From: Pirellula sp.
Lineage (GTDB): Bacteria; Planctomycetota; Planctomycetia; Pirellulales; Pirellulaceae
Assembly: GCA_040373655.1 (NCBI GenBank)
Contig: JBEICB010000002.1
Span: 3,534 to 67,533 of the forward strand
DNA: 64,000 nt
Direction: 5' to 3'
In this document: positions 27,755 to 36,569 of the stretch, one piece after another
How the letters are laid out: each line of letters begins with the position of its first letter
Numbering within the stretch: the first letter of the stretch is position 1
Program-made: the position numbers and the translations under genes
Notes under the pieces: model-generated
Told to the model about the DNA's origin: nothing
Seen by the model: only the letters and a program-made list of their open reading frames with translations
The model's database searches: none

Positions 27755-29404
27755 ATGGAAACGGAGACGGGCGTGGGGCTAGGACTAAACCAATTACACC
27801 AAGGAGATTGCGTCTCGTTGTTGGAGCAAGTTAAGGAGGGGTCTGTCGACTTGGTATTTGCAGATCCACCTTTTAACATCGGTTATGAATACGATGTTTA
27901 TGAGGATCGACGTGATGAAGAGGAGTATGTCGTTTGGTGTCGTAAATGGATCGATGGTGTCTATCGGGCGTTAAAGCCAGATGGGACATTTTGGTTGGCG
28001 ATTGGGGACGAGTACGCTGCGGAATTGAAGATTGAAGCGAAGCGGGCGGGGTTTACTTGTCGCAGTTGGGTGATTTGGTACTACACGTTTGGGGTGAATT
28101 GCGCAAACGGATTTAGTCGTTCCCATACGCATCTTTTTCATTTCGTGAAGGATGCAAAAAAGTTTACTTTCAATCGGATGAATCCCCAGATAAGGGTCAA
28201 GTCGGCGAGGCAGTTGGTTTACGCGGACTTACGAGCTAATCCTTTAGGTCGACTTCCGGACAATACTTGGATTACACGTCCACAAGATGCTCCTTGGGGG
28301 TTTAGTCCCAATCATGACACATGGTACTTCTCACGGGTTGCAGGGACGTTTAAAGAGCGGGAAGGATTTCATGGTTGTCAGATGCCTGAGCAATTATTGG
28401 CACGGATTGTCCGCGCGTCGAGCAATCCAAACGACCTGGTTTTAGATCCATTTGGCGGTAGTGGGACCACCTTGTGCGTTGCAAAGAAGCTTGGGCGTCA
28501 GTGGATGGGAATTGAATTGTCAGAAGAGTACGCTGGACGGATTCGAGAGAGGATGGACAAGACGCAAATAGGCGATCCGCTTGATGGTGTAGAGGATTCG
28601 CTAGCGAGCTCCCCATCGACCGCAGAAGGGAAAAGACGTCGAGCGCCGGACGAGTCGAAACTGCTTGAGATTGCTCTTAAAGCGTTTTCGCGTCTTGATG
28701 ATGGCAGTTTGACCCTGGAAACGGTGCTTTGCGATCCACAACGGAATGCTGAGTATCAGTCGCTATGCGATCAGGAAAGCAAGGATGGGAATCCATTCAG
28801 TTGGAACAAGCGTTTGTTTGAGTTGCAGAAAAACAATCAATTGCCAGAGGCCGTCGAATCAATAGAAGAGTTCGAGGAGACAACATTTGACCGGATCGGT
28901 TATGCTTGCGAAGTAGCATGGCGTTTGATGGGATTAGACTATCATCAGTCGATTGAGGAGATCCTCTGCTCACCCGAATCGATCGTCGAAATTGAGCGGT
29001 TTGCGAGGCTTTATGGTGGATTTGGAAAAGAGGTTGCATCCAAAGATGTGAGGCGTGCGATCTGGCGATTACGTTCTTTGCAAGATTTGTTCAGAGCGAT
29101 CTCCAAGAAGGACATTAAAGTCTGGAGCAAAGAGCATCGAAAACTACCGAAGGTTGGCCTAGAGGAATCTTTATGGCATTTGGAGGTTCCGGGAGTCTAC
29201 GTGTTATCGTCACCTGAATGTTGTTTGTACGTTGGGGAAAGTTTGGATATCCAGCGTCAGATTAAGTGGATTGTTGAGAATCCAGAGTGGAGCAAATTAA
29301 TGCCTGATTCAGTTAAATATTTGCCGATCCATGGAGGGTTGCTTGAACGCAGTCGCGTGAAGGCCATGTTGATACGTCGAGAAAAACCATTGCTCAACGC
29401 GTAA
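27755..29404 (+). CDS. Beta-class N6-adenine/N4-cytosine DNA methyltransferase fused to a C-terminal GIY-YIG nuclease-like domain
   Basis: Motif IV 'VFADPPFN' precedes motif I 'VLDPFGGSGTT', which is beta-class order. The last ~75 aa contain 'PGVYVLSSPECCLYVGESLDIQRQI...LERSRVKAMLIRREKPLLN', i.e. GIY-x10-YxG, then Arg, then Glu...Asn. The ORF-track start at 27725 is TTG; the first ATG is at 27755. Confidence 0.8.
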   Translation: METETGVGLGLNQLHQGDCVSLLEQVKEGSVDLVFADPPFNIGYEYDVYEDRRDEEEYVVWCRKWIDGVYRALKPDGTFWLAIGDEYAAELKIEAKRAGFTCRSWVIWYYTFGVNCANGFSRSHTHLFHFVKDAKKFTFNRMNPQIRVKSARQLVYADLRANPLGRLPDNTWITRPQDAPWGFSPNHDTWYFSRVAGTFKEREGFHGCQMPEQLLARIVRASSNPNDLVLDPFGGSGTTLCVAKKLGRQWMGIELSEEYAGRIRERMDKTQIGDPLDGVEDSLASSPSTAEGKRRRAPDESKLLEIALKAFSRLDDGSLTLETVLCDPQRNAEYQSLCDQESKDGNPFSWNKRLFELQKNNQLPEAVESIEEFEETTFDRIGYACEVAWRLMGLDYHQSIEEILCSPESIVEIERFARLYGGFGKEVASKDVRRAIWRLRSLQDLFRAISKKDIKVWSKEHRKLPKVGLEESLWHLEVPGVYVLSSPECCLYVGESLDIQRQIKWIVENPEWSKLMPDSVKYLPIHGGLLERSRVKAMLIRREKPLLNA

Positions 29405-29493
29405 GCTTCGTGAGATGTGTGACGCTCGATGGGATAGACGCAGGGGATAGATTTACTCAAGGAGACGCGAGGCATCTTAGGGATGAATGGCGG

Positions 29494-30954
29494 TTAGAGG
29501 ACAGGGCCGAGCATAGCGATGGCGTTATTGAAGAACCTTCGTTGAATTGACCAGGATGCTACTTCCTGTTTTGTGACTTCACGGGATTGCCATTGGTAGG
29601 ATAATTGTCGTTCGCGAAGTTTTTTAGTCAGTTCGAGGTCATGGAACAGGATGTTGTTTTCGTAGTTAAGTTCGAAGCTACGTCGATCTAGGTTTGCGGA
29701 ACCGATGAGTCCCATTTCCTCATCAATTGTGAGGGATTTTGTGTGTAGCAATCCACCTTCATATTCAAAGATGCGAACGCCTGCGTCGAGTAAGGCGGCG
29801 TAATAACTGTGGCTTGCGGCTGCCACGAACCACGAGTCGTTTTTTGCTGGGATGATGAGGGTGGTATCGACACCCCTACGACCGCTTGCACAAAGCGCGG
29901 CTTGCATAGGTTCGTCGGGAACGTAATACGGTGTGGTAATAATGAGTTCTTCCCGGGCGCTATACATCAGCGATTCGAAGACTTCTGGCATTGCAGAGTA
30001 TCGCACAGTGGGGCCGGTGCCGACGACTTGGGCGACAAAGCCACGTTGGTGATCGTGCCAGGGTTCTAGGATAATTTTGGAAAGGTCTTCATCGACATGG
30101 GACATCCAGTCAGCAGCGAACAGGATTTGATTTTGCCGGGCGATGGGACCTTCGAAGCGGACGACCGCGTCGACCCAAGGTGCAAATTTTGGCTTTAAGC
30201 GAAATTCAGCATCAGCGCAGTTTTGAGATCCACAAAACGTGATGCGATTGTCGATTACCAGGATCTTTCGGTGATTTCTTAGATCGACACGGGTGAATAG
30301 TGGGGCCAAAGGGGTGTTGCCGATGGGCAAGGCTACCGCAGTCCTTGCACCGGCTTCTTCCATGGCTCGCCACTGCGGGGACCGGATGATGGTTCTTGAG
30401 CCTAAGCCATCGGCCATGACACGACAGGTGACGCCTCGTTTTGCGGCACGGCAAATGGCATCTACCATTTTGAGGCCGCTAGTGTCGGTTATCCAAATGT
30501 AGAAGTTCAGGTGGACATGATGTTTCGCTGCATCGATATCCCGCACCATGGTATCGATCGCGGCGACGGAGTTCTCCATCAACTCTGCATGATTTCCGGC
30601 GATCGGACTAAAACCGTTGACCGAATATCCGACGCGAAAGATATGATCGAATCGATTGTTGCTAAGAGGTTGGATTTCGCGGACACCCATCCCGGGAATA
30701 TCTTGGGGTTTGGGAAGTCGTTTTAAGACGGATTCGACTCTTGCGATTCGGGAGCGTCCGATGCTGATGGATCCCAGGAGAATATACGCGACGATGCCGA
30801 TCACTGGCATGGTGACCAGGACGACGATCCAAGCTACACGGGAGGAGGGGTCGCGGTGCGGACGAAGGATGGCGCGAATGATTAGTCCGGTTTGAATCGC
30901 GAAGTGCAGGATGACACCGGCAATGATCATCCATTTTGGTTCGACAAAATGCAT
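29494..30954 (-). CDS. cls: Cardiolipin synthase (PLD superfamily, two HKD motifs, N-terminal TM helices)
   Basis: 'NHRKILVIDNRITFCGSQN' and 'LHTKSLTIDEEMGLIGSANLDRRS'. Two N-terminal hydrophobic helices. Confidence 0.9.
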   Translation of the reverse strand: MHFVEPKWMIIAGVILHFAIQTGLIIRAILRPHRDPSSRVAWIVVLVTMPVIGIVAYILLGSISIGRSRIARVESVLKRLPKPQDIPGMGVREIQPLSNNRFDHIFRVGYSVNGFSPIAGNHAELMENSVAAIDTMVRDIDAAKHHVHLNFYIWITDTSGLKMVDAICRAAKRGVTCRVMADGLGSRTIIRSPQWRAMEEAGARTAVALPIGNTPLAPLFTRVDLRNHRKILVIDNRITFCGSQNCADAEFRLKPKFAPWVDAVVRFEGPIARQNQILFAADWMSHVDEDLSKIILEPWHDHQRGFVAQVVGTGPTVRYSAMPEVFESLMYSAREELIITTPYYVPDEPMQAALCASGRRGVDTTLIIPAKNDSWFVAAASHSYYAALLDAGVRIFEYEGGLLHTKSLTIDEEMGLIGSANLDRRSFELNYENNILFHDLELTKKLRERQLSYQWQSREVTKQEVASWSIQRRFFNNAIAMLGPVL

Positions 30955-31026
30955 CGTAAGTCGCGTCGGATCTTATAGAGTGTTTGTCAGTTACTTCGGC
31001 GTAATACGACGAAGAACTGAGATTCG

Positions 31027-33030
31027 TTACGAGGAGATTGGTGCAACGTCGAGTACAGGTGGCATTGGACACCCGAGGGCATCTGAAATCACACGCAGCA
31101 GTTCTACTTCGTTGATAGTGGATCGCTGATCATAGACGATGCAATCGCTGAATGCGTTGAGAAAATTTCTTTTTTGCCGATGGTTCGCGGCGGCGAGAGT
31201 ATCGAGGGCAAGGTCAAGTTGTTTGAGGGTACAAGCGTCTCTCTCGAGCATTGCAGGCATCGCACCGCTTCGAATTTTTTGTCCTTGAGCGTAGGTCGTC
31301 CAACCCGCCGCGTACGCTTGATCTGCGTGAACGTTGGAACCCAGATGAGCGAGGCTAGATAGTACTTGAGCGAAGGACTTGCTTAATTTCTCTGCGGAGG
31401 CATCCACTTCCATCGGCTCGGATTTCCGCATGACAACACGTTTCGTGATGTACCGTTGCAAGGCGAATTCGAAGATCGTCCAACGTCGGTCGGCATCGAT
31501 CAATTGTCTTGCGAGGGTTCGGAAAGCGCCTGTGTGGGGATCGGAGAGCAGGTCGAGTGCCGGTACTGCCATACAGGCAAGCGGGAGTCGCTGTTCAGGG
31601 TGCAAAGAATCCGTGTAGGGAAGTAGGCTAAGGGTATGTTTTGCGAGGCCTTTAGGAGCATTTTCGTCGATTAATTCCAATTGACGATTGCGAGTCGGAT
31701 CAGATTTCGGGGCGACGAGCAGTGCGTAAATGATTGCCATCGCACCGAAGGGTTCATGGATTTCTTCGAATAGCTTGGGAGGTATTTCTCCAAGAATTCG
31801 ATTGGCATGATCAATATGTTCGTCTTCCGGGTTTCCAATATGTTCGACAGCGTCGTGGGGATGGGATTCAAAATGTTGCACACCTGCGATGGCAGCGGCA
31901 TGGACTGTCGAGTTTTCGGGCGCTTTGGCTGGAGCGGACTTGTGTTGTTGGAAGCCAAGAGTACGAGGATCGACGATGTCGGCCTCGGAGTGATGCGCAA
32001 TCGATGTTTTTTCGAAATTACCTTTGAAGCCTGGTTCGAGTCGTTGAATTCGGATTTCAAGTGCAGGGTGGGTGGCGAACCATTGTGAAGAGACTCCTTG
32101 TCCGAAGAACATGTGGCTGGCTTCCTTTGCAAAAATGCTTTTGAGCATCGAGCGTTTTTTCCAGCCTCCGATTCGCTTGAGGGCGCCAGTAATACCACTG
32201 GTATTTCGGGTGAATTGAACAGCGGATGCATCTGCTAGGAACTCACGTTGCCGCGACACGGCGGCTTGGATAAGTCCTGCGAAGAAGACCCCTGTGTAGC
32301 CTATTCCCAAGAGTATTGCACCTGTTGCAAATAGGGCGATCACGAATCCCAGAGCACCTTTTGAATCATCCTTGTTGGAGCTCCGCATTGGCATATGAGA
32401 GGCAATTCGGAAAAGAGAATATCCGATCATGGCGATCAGAAGGATCCCGTGAAGCAGGCCAATCAGGCGGACGTTCAGTCGCATATCTCCGTTAAGAATA
32501 TGGCTGAATTCGTGCGCTATGACACCTTGGAGTTCATCTCGGGTTAGAGTTTGAAGGCAGCCACGCGTCACGCCGATTACAGCGTTTTGTGGTGAAGTTC
32601 CTGCAGCGAATGCGTTGATCCCTTGTTCATCGTTCATCACGTACACGGGTGGTACAGGTGTACCGGAAGCAATTGCCATTTCCTCGACGACATTGAGCAG
32701 GATTCGTTCTTCCAGATCCAGAGTATTGGGATGCACTTGCGCTCCGCCGAGAGCAAGTGCAACAGCAGATCCGTCGCCGGAGAGCTGCATCGTCTTGTAG
32801 AGGCTCCCCAAACCAACGGTTGCGGATACGAAGAGGGTGGATAGCAACAGGATTTGCGGTTGGAATTCGAAGAAATCCAACCGCGACTTTGGGTCTTTAA
32901 CCGCGACGGAGCCTACTAGCACGATCCCGAAGTACACAGTCACAATGATCAGTACCACTGTGATCATAAAATAAACGATCAGCCAGAACGTGTTGCGACG
33001 GGCTTTGTCTTGGTGTGTAAAAAAATCCAC
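31027..33030 (-). CDS. M48-family (HtpX-like) zinc metalloprotease with ~300-aa C-terminal extension
   Basis: 'GVIAHEFSHILNGD' (HExxH), flanking TM segments, N-terminal 'MDFFTHQDKARRNT'. GTG start. Confidence 0.85.
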   Translation of the reverse strand: MDFFTHQDKARRNTFWLIVYFMITVVLIIVTVYFGIVLVGSVAVKDPKSRLDFFEFQPQILLLSTLFVSATVGLGSLYKTMQLSGDGSAVALALGGAQVHPNTLDLEERILLNVVEEMAIASGTPVPPVYVMNDEQGINAFAAGTSPQNAVIGVTRGCLQTLTRDELQGVIAHEFSHILNGDMRLNVRLIGLLHGILLIAMIGYSLFRIASHMPMRSSNKDDSKGALGFVIALFATGAILLGIGYTGVFFAGLIQAAVSRQREFLADASAVQFTRNTSGITGALKRIGGWKKRSMLKSIFAKEASHMFFGQGVSSQWFATHPALEIRIQRLEPGFKGNFEKTSIAHHSEADIVDPRTLGFQQHKSAPAKAPENSTVHAAAIAGVQHFESHPHDAVEHIGNPEDEHIDHANRILGEIPPKLFEEIHEPFGAMAIIYALLVAPKSDPTRNRQLELIDENAPKGLAKHTLSLLPYTDSLHPEQRLPLACMAVPALDLLSDPHTGAFRTLARQLIDADRRWTIFEFALQRYITKRVVMRKSEPMEVDASAEKLSKSFAQVLSSLAHLGSNVHADQAYAAGWTTYAQGQKIRSGAMPAMLERDACTLKQLDLALDTLAAANHRQKRNFLNAFSDCIVYDQRSTINEVELLRVISDALGCPMPPVLDVAPISS

Positions 33031-33090
33031 AGCGACCTCGTACGGGAACGTGCGACACGTTTGCAGAGCAAAAGGCGGGGAGATCCTTTG

Positions 33091-33732
33091 TTAGAAGGAA
33101 ACCTTGACTGGCTCTTTTTGTTCTGGATCCGAGAGTTCCCAAAGTGCGGCACGTTGGAAGTTACCGAACCCTGCAACGAGTAACCCTGGAAACACTTCGA
33201 TCGCTGTGTTGTATGCGGTAACTGCGTCGTTAAAAGCTTGTCTTGCAAAGGAGATTTTATTCTCTGTGCTGGTTAGTTCTTCTTGTAGTGCCAACATGTT
33301 TTGATTGGCTTTGAGATCTGGGTAGGCTTCCGAGAGACCGATGAAGCGATTGAGGGATCCAGCTAATGCAGTTTCAGCGACCGATAGGTTTTGAATCGCT
33401 TTCGGATCACCGGGGTTTTCGGCTGCTTGTTTACCCGCGGCCATAGCTGTGTTGCGAGCGCGAATCACAGCTTCAAGTGTCTCTCGCTCATGCTTCATAT
33501 AGCCCTTTGCGGTTTCAACCAGATTTGGGATCAGGTCATAGCGACGCTTTAGTTGAACGTCGATTTGAGCGTACGCATTCTGGAAGCGGTTTCGATAGGT
33601 TACCAGCCCATTGAAGAGGGAAATCACATAACCTATGAAGCCGATGATCATGAGGATAACGACGACCAAGCCAATTACTATTGGGCCCATTAGTTCTAAG
33701 ACCTTTCTGTCAGGTGCAATCGGGGGAAGCAC
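33091..33732 (-). CDS. lemA: LemA family protein
   Basis: Single N-terminal TM, then 'YAQIDVQLKRRYDLIPNLVETAKGYMKHERETLEAVIRAR' and 'FARQAFNDAVTAYN'. GTG at 33732; ATG alternative at 33690. Confidence 0.9.
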   Translation of the reverse strand: MLPPIAPDRKVLELMGPIVIGLVVVILMIIGFIGYVISLFNGLVTYRNRFQNAYAQIDVQLKRRYDLIPNLVETAKGYMKHERETLEAVIRARNTAMAAGKQAAENPGDPKAIQNLSVAETALAGSLNRFIGLSEAYPDLKANQNMLALQEELTSTENKISFARQAFNDAVTAYNTAIEVFPGLLVAGFGNFQRAALWELSDPEQKEPVKVSF

Positions 33733-33881
33733 CTGCGTGATTGTTGATTATGCGATGAAAACTTGTTGCTTTGATTATACACCAAGGGATCCAGGCAGGA
33801 GAGAAGAGCGATCAAGGCGCTCGGGGGTGGTTTTTTTGGAACTTTAATTTGGTAGTTTTGGAAAAATCCAAGCCCAAGTAG

Positions 33882-36485
33882 CTAGGGCGATAGTTTTGTG
33901 GTTGGATAACTTGTGCCGGAGCCTGCCGATTTGGCTGGGCGCTTCGGGAATTCTGGGATTCGTTCGGTTGGCACTCCCACGCGAAAGCCGAGGGTACTTT
34001 GCGAAATGCCCTGGGGTTGCAGTTCATGGAGTTGAAGTGGGTCCCAAGTGTTTCGTTGTTGCCATAGCCCTAGGACTTCCATCCCAAGTTCGTTTCTCAG
34101 CAGAGACGAGTCGGTTTGTATATCTAGGGCCTCGCTTGACATGGACATGTGGACGTGGACCCACTGTTCTAAGGTGGTTGCATCATAGGCATTATCGAGA
34201 CCTCGAAAGTCGATCCATCGTCCCAACTCTTCGAGCTTTTTGGCTTGTGACGCGAAAGCCCAATCGCTGCAATCAGTAGCATCCCATTCAACGAGAGCCT
34301 TTGCCCCCGCATAGACTGATTGATTGGAAACTCTCACGACAGCGATCGGGTAGGGAGATGTATTGCTGAGTCGGACTTTTAACCACGGGTTGAGGGTGAT
34401 GCAGGTAGCGTCATCGATTTCCATGCGAATACGAGGGGAACGGTTTTGTGTTCTAAGGGATTCCGAGAAGACCATGGAACCGGCGAGTGCAAACCAACTT
34501 TCGCGAATGTGGATATCCATCCGATCGAGTCCATCGGTAGAAATCAAGTTACAACCACCTCGAATGGCGGATTGTTGGATTCGTAATTCCGAGAGTCTGG
34601 ATGGCAGAGAAGCGTCTTTCTCTGAGTCGTCCCGGTGAACTTGTACCACTTGCGTTGATTCTTGGGCTGTTGCGTTTTCGACGGTGATGGTGCACTGATC
34701 AATAAGACACCTGCTAGATCCTTTCATCGCTACAATAGCTTTTTGGATTGGTGCGGAGTTGCCGATTGCGGGTCTGTAGAATAGATCTAAATGATTTAGA
34801 TGAAGTTGTGCTGAATCGATGTGAATCCAAGCAGCGTGATCGGAATTGTTCGGTGTTGGTAGATTTGTTTCGTCGATGGAAAGTAATGCACGTTGGTATG
34901 GAATCGATTCGATCGCAATCGTAGTGGACTTGGTATTTGCGGGATTGCGCCAAGGCTTTTTCATCGTGCAATTGCCTGCTATCCAGATCTTACAATCGCT
35001 GCCGAGGTTAGATGCTTTGATTAGTGCATCCTCAATCGAGCGAAACTCTTCGAGAACTTCGATATTGCCCATCGTTTGACGTTGGGACTGGCTTAAAGCG
35101 TTTTCCGTGACGAGAAGGTGACTCCATTCTGCATGCGTTGCATTCGAGAGAGTTGTGGAGGTGGGCCCTAAAGCACTGTTCGATGGTGGAAGTTGAATCG
35201 GTGGGGGGGAATCGTCGGGTAAGTCTTCTGCTGCTTTCGTCTTCGACGTGTTAGTCGCAGGCGTGATTCCAGATGTTTCAATGGAAGGGTTCGTGGCGGA
35301 GAGTGAAACATTTGCTACTTCTACTCTCGGGATTGGGAAAACTGCATCGACTTGGTTCGAATTGAATAACCAAAGCGTGACTGCGGAGATCAGTAGGAGG
35401 GAAAGAATCAGAGGAAGCATTGCTTCGACCCATGATCTACTGGCTTGTGGGCCTAGAAATGTTGTTTCGGCAAGCTCTGATCCCCAGGCCAAATGATCGT
35501 GTTTCGCAAGTAATCGTAAATCGTTTGCGAGGTCTTCTGGGGATTGGTATCGATCTTTCGGTTTTTTGGCCATCATTTTTTTGAGGATTGCGATTAACGC
35601 ATCGCTCAGGTCATCTCGAAAGACTCTAGGGTCTTCCGGCATTTTGTTGCCATGCATCAGTAGTTTCTGCAAGGCGGTTCCATCTGGAAATGGTGGTTGG
35701 CCGGTAAGCAGGTAGTACAGGGTACAACCGAGCGAATAGATATCGCTACGTACATCCGCATCGCGTGGATCTTGGGCTTGTTCGGGCGAGATGTAATCAA
35801 AGGTCCCGAGTGTTGTACCGCTGGCTGTTTGGTCTCCGGTAGACCGGTCCAAGGCGGTGGTACGAGCCAGTCCCATATCTACGATTTTTGCCAGACCATC
35901 GGTTCCTAGGAGTATATTTGATGGTTTGATATCTCGGTGAACAACGCCTCGTTCGCTTGCATGCTGAAGAGCTTCAGCGACTTGGCAAGTGAAGTGAGTT
36001 GCGTCATCTACGGAGAGGGGTCCGCGTTCGAGAACGAGTTGGCGAAGGTTTATTCCTTCGATGAACTCGAAGACGATGTAGCTCCAGCGTTCGGTTTCGC
36101 CGACGTAATAGACCCGTGCAATGTTTGGGTGGTCGAGTTTCGCGGCGCTTTGCGCTTCGATGCGAAATCGCCGCATTGCGTCTGCTTTGCGGTTAGTGAT
36201 TGGAACAACTTTGATTGCAACAATGCGATCGAGTCGTTGATCGCGGCCGCGGTACACGGCACCCATTCCCCCTTGGCCGACAAGGGACTCGATGAGGTAG
36301 TGATCGAGCGATGAGCCTTCGAGCGCATCGAGATCCCTGGGAGTGCCTAAAGAAATCGATGCGGTTTTTTCTGGAGTGTTGGACGGTATGCGAACTTCCG
36401 TCTTCTCCAGATGGTCAGACGGTTCGATTCGGGCGTCAAGTTCGCCTTCTTTCGGGCTAGCGGATGGCTCCGGGGGGTGAGTCAT
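33882..36485 (-). CDS. Membrane Ser/Thr protein kinase with ~470-aa extracytoplasmic C-terminal region of unknown fold
   Basis: 'GQGGMGAVYRG...VAIKV', catalytic loop 'HRDIKPSNILL', 'DMGLAR', 'YISPEQ'. One TM, 'AMLPLILSLLLISAVTLWLF'. Confidence 0.9.
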   Translation of the reverse strand: MTHPPEPSASPKEGELDARIEPSDHLEKTEVRIPSNTPEKTASISLGTPRDLDALEGSSLDHYLIESLVGQGGMGAVYRGRDQRLDRIVAIKVVPITNRKADAMRRFRIEAQSAAKLDHPNIARVYYVGETERWSYIVFEFIEGINLRQLVLERGPLSVDDATHFTCQVAEALQHASERGVVHRDIKPSNILLGTDGLAKIVDMGLARTTALDRSTGDQTASGTTLGTFDYISPEQAQDPRDADVRSDIYSLGCTLYYLLTGQPPFPDGTALQKLLMHGNKMPEDPRVFRDDLSDALIAILKKMMAKKPKDRYQSPEDLANDLRLLAKHDHLAWGSELAETTFLGPQASRSWVEAMLPLILSLLLISAVTLWLFNSNQVDAVFPIPRVEVANVSLSATNPSIETSGITPATNTSKTKAAEDLPDDSPPPIQLPPSNSALGPTSTTLSNATHAEWSHLLVTENALSQSQRQTMGNIEVLEEFRSIEDALIKASNLGSDCKIWIAGNCTMKKPWRNPANTKSTTIAIESIPYQRALLSIDETNLPTPNNSDHAAWIHIDSAQLHLNHLDLFYRPAIGNSAPIQKAIVAMKGSSRCLIDQCTITVENATAQESTQVVQVHRDDSEKDASLPSRLSELRIQQSAIRGGCNLISTDGLDRMDIHIRESWFALAGSMVFSESLRTQNRSPRIRMEIDDATCITLNPWLKVRLSNTSPYPIAVVRVSNQSVYAGAKALVEWDATDCSDWAFASQAKKLEELGRWIDFRGLDNAYDATTLEQWVHVHMSMSSEALDIQTDSSLLRNELGMEVLGLWQQRNTWDPLQLHELQPQGISQSTLGFRVGVPTERIPEFPKRPAKSAGSGTSYPTTKLSP

Positions 36486-36569
36486 CGCCTTATTGGAACC
36501 GGATGAGGTGCACGAGGGATCACTCCGAGATGTAGGGAGTTTGTTTTACTTGCAAGTTGGGCGTAATTA

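Noticed and set aside
29494-30954. PLD-family protein as a nuclease partner of the neighbouring methyltransferase (R-M or defence pair)
   Set aside because: It has the N-terminal TM helices, the size and the dual HKD spacing of a classical cardiolipin synthase. It is also convergent to the MTase gene, not co-transcribed with it.
31671-32231. 186-aa alternative-frame minus-strand ORF (and plus-strand ORFs 31734..32088) overlapping the M48 protease gene
   Set aside because: They overlap a gene with a clear HExxH protease signature and have no motifs of their own.
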